Shown: positions 25,059 to 36,826 of the stretch, piece by piece
Position numbering within the stretch: position 1 is the first letter of the stretch
Layout of the letters: each line of letters starts with the position of its first letter
Origin: Phoronis australis
Lineage: Eukaryota; Animalia; Phoronida
Assembly (NCBI GenBank): GCA_002633005.1
Contig: NMRA01000058.1
Location: forward strand, 1,170,828 to 1,229,722
Length of the DNA stretch: 58,895 nt
Direction: 5' to 3'
Position numbers and translations under genes: made by a program
Notes under the pieces: model-generated
The model's database searches: none
Told to the model about the DNA's origin: nothing
What the model saw: the letters and a program-made list of their open reading frames with translations, nothing else

Positions 25059-28000
25059 TTGTCGGTGGGCCAGATCTCATAGCGTTCATCCTTGTGAGTA
25101 CTTAGGGGGGGCAACCTAGTTTTTTCTATGTGGCTAGATAATATACCTATAAATCAAATTCCAAAAAGTTCCCACGTCTACACTTGCACATTTTTTTAAA
25201 AAAAGGTGTTTTTGTTGCACAAAATATGATGCACATTCCTGCCACTTGATGGCGCTTTTCTATTGAATTGACCAATCAGAGAGCCAGATTGTATTGTTGT
25301 GCTTAGTTACTTCAATATGGCTGCTCCCATGGAGTGTGATGCCAGTATAAATCAAGGTTTATCAAATAGCACAAAATTGTGATGTCAGAGCCTAAAGAAG
25401 CTTAGGAAAGCTTCCTGACGAAAGCTGATTGGCTGTGGAACTCTGTAGATCAGTAGATCAAAAAGAAGAAGAGGTGTCACAAATGTTTGTGCAGAAAACA
25501 GCTGCATGTCCTGGTAGCCTACACAGTATACTGCTGAGTGCTGTAGACTAGAAGACCAAGTGTCAGACCAAAAAATTGAAAGGACATAGAACGGCATAGC
25601 AACGTTTCAAGGCACCAACAGTAGTACTAAAGCTGAAGTTGCTGAAAGTGATACAGATGTCATCCAAGATTTCCCAAGAAAATCAATTGTACTTCCAAAA
25701 TCTGAAACGCCCAATTAACCTGAATAAGATAGGAACATTCTGAAACATGCATGAGTGCATCATTTGTTAGCAGGAAAAGTACATTATGGGCCACATTTCA
25801 AGAAAGAGAAAGAAGTATAGCTTTCAAAAACAGGTACGTGTTTTGGAAAAATACATATTGGTGTTTTCCATGTGTGTTTCAGTATTATCACCAGTTGTTT
25901 TTTAACTTGTTCAGCCCCTTGGCTGCCTAGGCCTTAGACAATACTGCTGACCAAGTAGAGTCGATGATCATACCATAGGTACTCAATATGCCAGATACTT
26001 TTCGGCAAATTATGTTCCTATAAGTTTATAAATACCGCGTAGAGAGATGCCTCTGAGGAGGTCGTTAATGTTTTCATTTGTTCCCAGTTTAAACAAATAC
26101 TCCTGCAATTCTGTTTTTCGAACACTCCATTCAGTTGCCACATCTACACTGCATGCGCTAAGGAATAATCATATGGCGTTATATACTGTGGTTGTGATTT
26201 TAAAGCACTTTAAGTCAAAAATTTTTGAGAAGGTTAAATGGAGTAGATGGTTGCAAACAACATGCCCAAGTGGCCGTCATCCCCTGCCGTAGGCTCAATT
26301 TCTTGTAAACATTAATTACTTAGGTAGGTGCAATGATAATTAAATTAAAGTGCCTAAGTGGCCATCGTCGCCGTCGAAATTTGAGGACGATGGAAGCCAC
26401 TGTCCATTTCGTCGATTACCTTAAGTGTAAATCGATTGACTATGGTTTGAGCATCTGATTTAAAGAAAAATTAAATTTCAATCACTGCACTGGTATATCA
26501 GCTGATTTATTTTCAGTTGCGTCAACTGATCTAATTATTAGACGATCAATATTATTAGGCTACAGATCAGACGGCATGTAAATTTGTTAGGCTGGTGGTG
26601 GATCAGTGCCTGATAAGTCCGTCTGAAAAAGTTGCATGCCAACTCACTCATAGTTGAATGTTAAGTTAGTGTTAACAGTTCGGGTTTTTTTCAGTTGGAC
26701 TTGTACCGCAAGCAACAGCTCAGTCCAGAGCCCTGAATATGCAAATGAAATTCAAAGATAAAGACCTTGTGTCTTAGAAGCCAAGTACCACAGATCATCA
26801 TGCTATAAAAAATAGAAAGACAACGATTGTGAAGAGTGATGAATTCACAGTTTTCAGAGATGTTTTTCTACAGTTTTGTTTGGAGTTCATTGAATCGAAG
26901 CTTCTAACACAAGGAGATGTCATTTGCCTTTCAAAACTAAAGCAAGACTTTGAAGCTGTTCTTCAGAAAGCTGGTGTGCATGAAGTTATTTGGACAGGCA
27001 ATCTTAAGAAATATTGTTGAAGCTACTCACTGTTGTAGTTTGTGCCTGACTAAGAGATACGAAAGTGAATTGATGCTAGTGTTCAATAATTCACTTGCTG
27101 ACTCTAATTAACACAGCCCATTATAAGATATTTTGAATCAAACGTTCGCCCAAATAGTGCCCGCCTCCAAACAAGGACTTAGTGTTTGACCCTTCATTGC
27201 CTGCGGGCTAATCACCAGTGTGCAGTGCTGTACCCTCTCTTATCGACCATAGTTGGCTCCTTGGCGGTGTAGCTTTGCAGTTAATATGTATGGCAGTGAC
27301 CGCATCTCCATTGACAGTATTAAACGATGAATGCTGCAAGTGCAAAAAGAACATGTGTGCTGGGAAACTGAGTTTGTGCTGCAATGCTGGGTCAAACTGT
27401 ACAGAAATGTGCAGCTGTGACAACTGTAGTAACATCAGCAACACTGACTGCATAACATTGGATAATTCTTTGACAAGTCAACCCTAAATAGACTTCCAAC
27501 CCCGTTATTTCCTTTTTTTGAATTAAAAAGTTAATTTTATTTGTTGATAAAGTCATAGAAAGTACATACTTTGATCGTTGTCATGTATTTGTCTGATACT
27601 GCTTGATAAACGCTGACAGAAAAATCTATTATTTTCATACAGTCTTTGTGCACATTCACAGAGATCATTCAACTATATTGTTTTTGTACTATAACGTATT
27701 TCTGGTGTATTATGCAAACAAGCTGTATTTTACACCATTAGTCAATGTTTTAGTCATTGAGGCACAAATTTTGCCCAGTCTCAAGTGTTTTGTGTTATTT
27801 TTGTTGCCCGACAATGCCAGAATAACTTCCTAGTAACATTCAGACTTAGTTTGCATTTTTGCCACTAGGTGTCTCTTTACGTTTTTTAAATTTCACTGTT
27901 TACAGTTAATTTACAATAGTAAAACATGTAATGTGAGTGTAATATTGTTCAATACAATGGCACTGATGGGACCATATTACTTGTTTTACAAAAAAGTCAC

Positions 28001-28217
28001 CATAACTGTTGTTTTTACAAATACAAGTTTACTAAGCTCTTTGGTGATTATTAGGTAACTTCAAACTCAAATTTCTCAAAAATGTGCAACTTTATATGTG
28101 GGAACTTTTTAGATTTTGAAAACACTCTAATAAATGAATTAAAAAACACCAAAATAAAATTAAAGTACTCACAAAAACCATTTTCTAGAGGCCCTACGAA
28201 ATCTGGCCCACCGACTA
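25059..28217 (+). mobile_element. Non-autonomous Academ DNA transposon
   Basis: TIRs (TT)GTCGGTGGGCCAGAT / ATCTGGCCCACCGACTA with longer subterminal inverted similarity. 3-bp TSD AGT. Transposase remnants EAKYHRSSCY (~26780) and C-terminal CKCKK..C...C...CTEMCSC..C.N (27330-27430). Confidence 0.8.
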
Positions 28218-29354
28218 AGTGTCTGATGTCTTCATGTGCGCGCTCGTGATTAGACTCTTGATCTCGTACTGTTCCTTACTGAGATTACATGTGGTATATT
28301 GGCTTCGGTTGAACTGATAGTTTGTTATTGCTTAAGACCTGGTGCAATAACTATGGCTTTGAGCAATAACAAAGTTTGAATTCTTCCAAGTCCACTAAAG
28401 AACAAGTTGAGACAGGGATATATACAAGGCTTGGAATTTTCCTTTTTTGTTTTTATTTCCTCTTATTCGATTTCCAGCTTCTTTTTTGTCATCATTTTTT
28501 GGCTAACTTGATTCATGCAAAAACATTTATTTCAGTTTAATTTTACAACACAAAAATATTTCTATCACACAAGCCTATTTGTGAAATGATAGATCACCTG
28601 GAAAATTTTCCTCTTATAGTCATTCCAATTCCTGTATATAGTGGTAATTTGTTCAGATCAAAATTTATTCTTTTTCACAAAAGACGCATTTATAGCAACT
28701 TTAAGGGATTTAATTCGAAGGAAATCTGGAAGCTAGAAGACACCATCTGATAAGCACATTCTGAAATAACAATTGTGCATGTACTTTCCAAGATGTTCAA
28801 CTCACATTGTTAGGTATAGGTATAGGGTTCATTCCACCATCCTTGGACTTTCAGAGTACCCTCCTAAAACCATTCCAAGGGGGTACTCCCACAGGTTTAT
28901 ACAAGATACGACACTCAACTGTGTGATTTTTCTCAAACAATTTCTTTTCAAAATGGTGCTTGAAAAATCCCTACCAAAGCAAAGTTTTTCCATGAATACA
29001 ACGGGTTTCACTCTGGAAGTTAAAAACACTGCATATGGTACCTTTTTCCTGCAAAGGGTGTTTTAATATGATAACTTTATTTTTAAAACCTTGGACACCA
29101 GACTCATTTTTGACAACAGGAATCTCTGAGCCGACTCCTTCAAGCTTAATGGGTGAAAAAGACAGCTGTCCAAGAATTATTACGAAAGGATTCAGTTGTT
29201 AGCATTAGCTCTTATAAAAAGGTTGTGCACTTGAAACATTAGGCTACAATTTTATTGAAGTCCAAACCTCGGACCACAAACATAATGTTTTTTAGCCTCT
29301 GTCTAAATGGGTGGAGATTCTTCTAGTACCAGATATGCACAAAACTAAAGGTTA

Positions 29355-29790
29355 GGGCTCATTTGGAACACCTCTTGGGTATTTTCATACCTACAAATTT
29401 ACCCTCGGAACATCTGGAGCACCTCGGCTATTTTCCTATTTACATGTACAAATTTTTCTTACAAACACTTCAGGTATTTTCGTAGCCTCAAGTATCCTCT
29501 CGGAGATGAATGTTATCCAAAATATGGCAAGTCACGTGATTTTCAATCTTGATAATAGGCTAACTGAAGTCCGCACACATGCAGAGAGCGTTCACCTATT
29601 AGGTGAAATTTGAGGTTACGAAAACACCCGAGGTGTTCTGGATGCACTTGGAAGTTAATGTTTTCAGTGCATGCTCGAACTTTATGGCCAATCATTCTCC
29701 ACTAAGTTTGGTAATCACGCAGCGGGTTAAACTATCCTCCAATGAGAAGTTTGAGGTCCCGAATATATCCAAGGAGATCTGAATGGCTTA
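29355..29790. repeat. Foldback MITE-like element with internal tandem units
   Basis: Units such as CACCTC..GGTATTTTC.TA.CTCAA on the left mirror TTGAGGT..CGAA.A.ACCC.AGG on the right. Confidence 0.4.
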
Positions 29791-30082
29791 GGACCCTCAC
29801 GTTGTGCGGGGTCCCACCTCAAAAANCACGAAGGTTAAATTCACCTCCATTGAGAAGTTTGAGGTCCCGAATATACCCAAGGTGATCTGAATGGCTTAGG
29901 ACCCTCACGTTGTGCGGGGTCCCACCTCAAAAAGGGAAATGGGGAAGAAAAAATTCATGTCAACGAGGTGAGAATTTTGGCTACCTGGAGGGTAGAAAAT
30001 TGTGTTTTTCTAGGAGGTGAAGACTGTGTAGTCTGCGAAGTGGTGGAAATTGGGTGCCAGCAGTGTCTACTGTAACACTGTA

Positions 30083-30246
30083 CAAAGACGGATAGGGGGA
30101 AGGGGCGGGGGCGCGGAAAGAGGGCCATGGCCCTGCCTAAAATTCTCCCAGATTCCATTTGGCAGTTTGGGGGTGCAAATGTCTGACAGGCAAAATACTC
30201 TGCCCTTGCCGCTACCCCCTAACTCAAAATCCTGGATCATCCCCTG
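30083..30246. mobile_element. hAT-like MITE, family A copy 3
   Basis: Shared core aaaattctcccagattccatttgg...aactcaaaatcctggatc. Flanks CTGTA/CTGTA. Confidence 0.65.
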
Positions 30247-30262
30247 CTGTAAGATCTTGCAG

Positions 30263-31637
30263 CAGGGGAGGATCCAGGATTTCGGGACGTTTTCAATTCA
30301 TAAAAAGCATTCAAACAATGAAACTGAAAAAATGCCAAGTGAAAAGAGTGAAGCCATTGTTAATTCAGGTTTATTTTCCTAGTAAAGAAACGTTAATTAC
30401 ATGATTTTACTACAGTTTGTTGGTAATATCACAATATATAAACAGCATGGAGTGGTCTCTCAAGGGCCCGACCGCAAACTCGACCCAGTCTCAAAATAAC
30501 TTTTACTCTCGCGACACCTAGCAACCTGAGAACGTAATACCGGATGTCAGCATGCGCAGAGCAAACTTCCTGGTTAAAAATTGCCAGCTGACAGCCAATG
30601 AAAACCATGGTTCTAGTGTGCTGTACTTGGGCCTTCACAAGCAATCCGTGACGTCATCTTGTGAGGCCCGGGAACCAGGTTACTTCCGACGTATGAAGCG
30701 TCTATAGGAGCTCCACCATCTCTACTGCAGAGAGCAAGTAGAGATGGTGCTCATACTCTATGCTGTCCGTGAACTTGGAATCCTGCTTACGGTAATCTCA
30801 AGATTGAGCGGAAGTGAGTTTTGCGTGAACTTGGAATTGAATATTCTTTAAGACAGAAAGGTGAAATTTTTGTTAGGTGAAAAGAATTTTTGTATTTATT
30901 GAACTCGCGATCAACCAGTTTCTCCTTTACCGTAACTTGTGTCTCTGAACCAGAGGAATATGTGAATGGTTAAATCGATTNTTGTTGTCAACGTGATTCA
31001 GCTTAATAAAGTGATACTTAATTGTTTATTGTCGCTTCTAATAATATACTATGAGATAAGATTACCATCGTTTGCCAGTTTTTCTTATAAAGAGACAGAA
31101 CACATGTTTATTTCCAGACTAACAGTGCAGGTCTTCGTTCTTAAACAACTCGAGGCTGCTGTTACGCGATCATCTGATATTCAATTTTTTAGTCCCCGTC
31201 GGTGCTCCTTATGCTCTTGATCATTTGGTAGTTGTCTAAACCCCACACACACACCACACTTTTTCATATACGACTCTTCGTATGCTAAAAAGGTGTGTAT
31301 AAGCAGATGTTCCAACAAAAAATTTTTGCTAGTGGTGTGACTCATACCCAGATGTGCACAAATATGGCTTCACGAAACTTATGACCAACGTTCATGCGAC
31401 GAAATCGAGAAGGGTTTTAAATTATCTTAAGAAAAACTCAAGAGACATGTTAAGTGCCAGAAACTTACCGGGATGCATGGAAATTTCACTATTCGGCTAC
31501 AAAAACAAAAAATTGTCTTACACGGAGAGGGGGAAACCCCCCTCCCGACCTCCCCCCCTCTCGGCGCCACGCGCCTTGGATTCGACCTTTGCGGGAATCG
31601 TAAACCCCCCCTTACCGAAAACGTAGATCCGCCACTG
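30263..31637. mobile_element. Possible non-autonomous hAT-like element
   Basis: CAGGGGAGGATCCAGGATTTCGG ... CCGAAAACGTAGATCCGCCACTG inverted ends. No TSD found; N gap at 30981. Confidence 0.4.
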
Positions 31638-33726
31638 AGTTACTGAACTCCCCCCAGAATTATCGACTGCGTCTCAGCGGACATTGTCCGACAACCCGGA
31701 ACGAGTAAGTCCGTCAGCGTCATGAAACAAAACTCTCCAGCAAAGGCATCACTCACCAATGTACATGTACATGTACATGCCTCTCAAAAAATATAGACAG
31801 ATCTTCGGCTTTTCGACAGGCAATATCAGTATCTTGGCTAATACCATGACAAGAAGAACGCCGAACTCGCGTGAAGTGGGGAGATAATTAAGGACGCCGG
31901 GTCTAGCAAATTTAGTCCGGACCAAACCTTTCGTACTGCACTTACGCATGCGCGCACCCAGGTAGGCACCTTTCCCATTGCGACTAACAATTTTGTGGTC
32001 GAGGAATGAGGGAGTTAGTCCACCTAACTAATTTCCGAAAGGCCCTTGAGGCTGGCCACTAGCGTTTCAAACCTCATGCAGGCACTAACTGGGCTACGAT
32101 TCAACCTCTGGCGTTCATGTCTCAAATACTCGAGATTTCATACTCAAAATCGTGCTCACTGGAGTCGTACTCGAAAAAGCGTATCTAATCTCGCATTTGG
32201 AGTATACTCCAAACGTACTCAAATCTGAGAATCGTACTCGAGTTGCTATGGAACTCTTTATGATGTGAAATGCAAAACCACACACAGTTGCGGTGATTCA
32301 GCGCTAACTCTTGGCATAATTTAACCTGTCAACTACATTGTCGTCTGCTATCCCTATAAGAGTGTATAACATGGAAAGGTGAGTCATCTGTAACTGTTAT
32401 TTACAATACAAAATTCTTACCTAAAAATATAGACTTCCTGATACATTTGCCAATTAAGCTTTACTTTTTGTGGTCCTTATCTTCCGAAAATGTCTTAAAA
32501 ATGTGTAAAAGCGGATCACATCAAATTCACGACCGGAGGCGGAGCAGCTACATGTATAATCTCGCTCTCAGTTGCTGATTTACTGGTGGTTAAAAGCGGG
32601 GCATGCTCTCCTAAACTTGACACATTTACTCCTGAAATTGGCAAGGTCACACCAAGTATTGCCATGATGGTCCCATAAAATGTCATGGCCCTAACGAAAA
32701 TATCTCAAAACGGGTACTACTCACGGAAAAAAATTAAAAAGTACCGGGTACGTACGAAATCAAACAAAAATATTTCATCACCATTGCTGGATAAGAATTT
32801 CACAAAAAGTAGGAAATGAACACATGCCATATTTTAGGTTTCTACCCCAGCGCGTGCCCGAGATATACACCATCAAAAATTGGGTGTCATGCCCATTTTT
32901 GTCCGCGCGAGTGTCATCCAAAAACGTTTGATAGATTGAGGAATTTGTGTTACCTGCATGTGATTGTATTTTTTGTTACCTGCATGTACAACTCATTGTA
33001 ATAGGAGAAAACTTTCATTGATTGTTTACTAAGGAGTTGAACAAAGNATCATAACTTTGAAGTGGAATAATTGGGTGAGTAAGACAACAAGCCGGTTTTA
33101 TGCTTAGGCGGACGACTATAGGGCTTCGGAGTGTATAATCTCGCTCTCAGTTGCTGATTTACTGGTGGTTAAAAGCGGGGCATGCTCTCCTAAACTTGAC
33201 ACATTTACTCCTAAAATTGGCAAGGTCACACCAAGTATTGCCATGATGGTCCCATAAAATGTCATGGCCCTAACGAAAGTATCTCAAAACGGGTACTACT
33301 CACGGAAAAAGTTAAAAAGTACCGGGTACGTACGAAATCAAACAAAAATATTTCATCACCATTGCTGGATAAGAATTTCACAAAAAGTAGGAAATGAACA
33401 CATGCCATATTTTAGGTTTCTACCCCAGCGCGTGCCCGAGATATACACCATCGAAAATTGGGTGTCATGCCCATTTTTGTCCTCGCGAGTGTCATCCAAA
33501 AACGTTTGATAGATTGAGGAATTTGTGTCACCTGCATGTGATTGTATTTTTGTTACCTGCATGTACAACTCATTGTAATAGGAGAAAACTTTCATTGATT
33601 GTTTACTAAGGAGTTGAACAAAGGTTGCCAAGCTTTGTTAGATTAAACTATGACTTTGAATGTTTTCAAAAGAAAAATATATATACACACATCTTTGAAA
33701 AGACTTAAAATTTCTGTTTTCGTATG

Positions 33727-33881
33727 CAGTGGCGGATTTAGAGGTGAGCAATGAGGGCCATGTCCCCTTTTAAAATTCTCCCAGATTCCATTTGGAAGTT
33801 TGGGGCTCAACGTGTGACGGGAAAAATCCTGGCTAATACTCTGCCCTGACCCCCCAACTCAAAATCCTGGATCTGCCCCTG
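33727..33881. mobile_element. hAT-like MITE, family A copy 4
   Basis: CAGTGGCGGATT ... GGATCTGCCCCTG. Flanks GTATG/GAATG. Confidence 0.75.
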
Positions 33882-35861
33882 GAATGTGCTTTTTAAATAA
33901 TTACCTATACCAAATACGGCAAAGTGAGCTAAATATACGTTCAGTTACATGTATGTATAATTGAAATACTTTACAGTAATCATCAATCCACCAGCGAAGT
34001 ATTAAAAAAAAAGAAAATTATGGAACGGGGAAGAAGAAGTTTTGCTTCTCGAAAAGGTGCTTTCCCAAGAAGATTCGTTATTTGGAGACCACAAAGGTTG
34101 TGGTGCAAAGTCATCTACTTATAAGAAGCAAAAAAGCAAAAATCGTGGGAAGAGATTGCGGTGTATATGAGTAGGTGAGTATTTGTAGAAGGCTGCAAAT
34201 TTATTCAAAAGCTTATGGTACTGTATTTACGGTGGTTTCATTATTTAATTCATTGCACTTTCCAGGAGCGGGTCCAGCATTTTGATTTGGAGTGTACCTG
34301 TGTAGGATTTAGCCAGGACTGTGCAGAGATCTAAGTTTTTCTGGCCGCCAGTACACCCCAGAATGCAAGATTGTGACGTTTGGTGAAATGCATGTACGAC
34401 TAAAGCGAGAGAAATTTCACGGTTGAAACGATTCATGTTTGCATTTAGTTTGCGAACTTACACACTAATTATGTTTTGTGCCAAAGAAGCTGTATTTACT
34501 ATTTAGTAAAAAATACTTCCTGGTCCGAATTCGAATGCTGTACTTTTGAGTAACCGGGCCAATCAGATGGATGAGGTTTCCGTTTTCCAGTTGGAACTAG
34601 AGCCATGTACAGAAAATAGGCCATAATGAGTATAATCAACGTACACCCTGGGAAGGTACACATGTGAACATTCTTTTTGAAATATTTATAATATTACGTA
34701 GCATAAGTGAAATACCCATGATCCATAAGTTATCTTCCGACTCATCTTTAAAGTCGCAGGATCGGCTGTCACTCAGGAGCCTGTGAACGTTTGAGTCAAG
34801 ATATGAGGGCAACTTGAACTCGAAAAATTGAAGTACGCAAGGATTTATTCAGTTTGCAAATTCAAATTTCCTCTGGGGCCCGTCACTTCACGATTTGTCA
34901 CCAATTGCTCTTCAGTTTGACGAGCACCCCGTGGGGCTGACTAACACGGCCACGGTGCAAGTTATTAGAAGCGACAGCAGGAGTGAATCAATAAGCTCCC
35001 GGCCTCCAACCGCGCAGAAAATGTGCTTGTCAGCGTTTTTAATCTTTGATGTCAGTGTAGTGGGAAAATTTGTTTAACCGGGGCACACCGTTTTTTGGGG
35101 ACTCGTATGCCAATTTTATCAGTGGCCATGCCAATTTCATCAATAGCTCTGTCAATTGTGTGGGCCTTATGGCCCTTGCCCTCCTCCCCCTTAAAGCCGC
35201 CTCTGCTTTCCATTTGTGAAAGGTTTAATAATTACTTTTTCAGCCAAGGTAGCGTGAAGCGAAGTGCAGAGGAATGCAGAAAGAAATATTTCAATGTTAA
35301 GCAAAGATGTAGGTTGTTGTGAAACTTTACTCAAAAATACCATATTTTGATTTTGTATTTTGTTGCTTTGTGTTGGGTTCGCCACTGTTCGCTTGAATAA
35401 TAACGGGAAAAATATTTCTCACCATTGGGTATTATTTCATTAAAAACTCAGATAACTAACTGAACATAAAGAAAATCATGTTATTTATTGAATATAATGA
35501 CACATGCCAATGATGGATGGATTGTTTGCAAACGACTACCTACAGTATATATAAAAACGAAAGCTTAACTGTGTAATAACTAAAAATGATTGCAACCTTC
35601 TTTGAACAATTCCCCCTCTCTCTATAAAAATCATCTCTTACCACGTTTTTTGCTTCCCTTGAATAGCCAAGGAAAAGTTGGATGCTGCACGGAAAAGTGC
35701 CAAAAAAACTGGAGGAGGACCACCAGTGCAAAACCTCGATCCCAGAGACCAGGCTATTCTTGCTCACCTAGGAACTAGGCCGGAGGTCTCTGGCATTTCT
35801 GGCGGGGTGGAGACCGATGGTAGGCTGCGTTGAATACTTCGACAATTTTTCGCGATAGGTA

Positions 35862-36114
35862 CCGTATCGGCTCGATTAAGCGCCCAGATGCTGGAGACAT
35901 AATGGAACACTTTACTATGGGGAAACGGCATACGTGGAAAGCTTTATAGCTATTTTTGTTATAGCCCTACGTTAGCTTCCCCGGCACTTGCAGTAATTAA
36001 AATCTCAGTGCTTATTCAAGACCCGGTGCAAATTTTACAATGAACTGTTATCACACGACGTTAAATCGAGACTGGCGCTTATTCAGCTCCCGGCACTTAA
36101 TCAAGCCTATACCT
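35862..36114. mobile_element. Tc1/pogo (Tigger-like) MITE
   Basis: TA|CCGTATCGGCTCGATTAAGCGCC ... GGCACTTAATCAAGCCTATACCT|TA. Confidence 0.55.
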
Positions 36115-36399
36115 TATGCGAAACATAGAGAACACAAAATCATAAAATGTTACACGCTTTTCCCACAATTTGATGCCAGTTAGTTATGTGTTTGTCATTG
36201 ACTATTTGAAACTTAGGAATTTCTATTAAATCCGACGTACAGTAATTCAAAATGTTCACTTGATTTCTGTAATAAAGGCCATAGGCACACTGTACAAAAG
36301 AACAACATTAAATTACTTTGGAGTGCAGTCAGTTATCACGGAGGCGAAAAGCGTAAAATACGTATTTACATATATTAACTAATTTAGCATTATCACTTA

Positions 36400-36826
36400 C
36401 TGACATCAATCTATTGAACTTAAAAAAGACGGAATTTTCCACTAGTACACTTCAATATAATGTTGTCTCAGTTCAGAATATTTATCACAGCTTAACAGGA
36501 AATGATACTCGTCTTCTACATCACTGGGTCAGAAGGGACACACTCTGTTTGCCCTATCCAAATTCAAGTGCCTTCCTACTTCAATCGTGAGACAGAAGTT
36601 TGAACCAATACTAGGTCGCGGCAACATAGTACATGTACTTAGCGAATAACGGCAACTGCTCACATTCGCTAAGTACAGCATCGCGTGAGCATGAATTAGC
36701 TACACCCAACATACGCTTACAAAATTGAATATGCACTTGTTCCAACCAGTGGCATTCTTGAAAGCCGCATATTTTGGCTCCATAGCACAAGGTAGGGTAA
36801 ATCATTTCACAGTAATTTGTTAGCAT
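36400..36826 (-). mobile_element. LINE ORF2 3' fragment (related to the LINE at 56080)
   Basis: IYPTLCYGAKICG...VHIQFCKRMLGV...VLSEC, then IEVGRH...RVCPF..DVEDEYHFLLSC. Confidence 0.7.

Noticed and set aside
29743-29933. ~83-bp direct repeat
   Set aside because: Separated by the N at 29826; probable gap-overlap artefact.
32553-33623. ~490-bp near-identical tandem duplication
   Set aside because: The first copy ends exactly at the N at 33047. Most likely overlapping contig ends or haplotypes, not biology.
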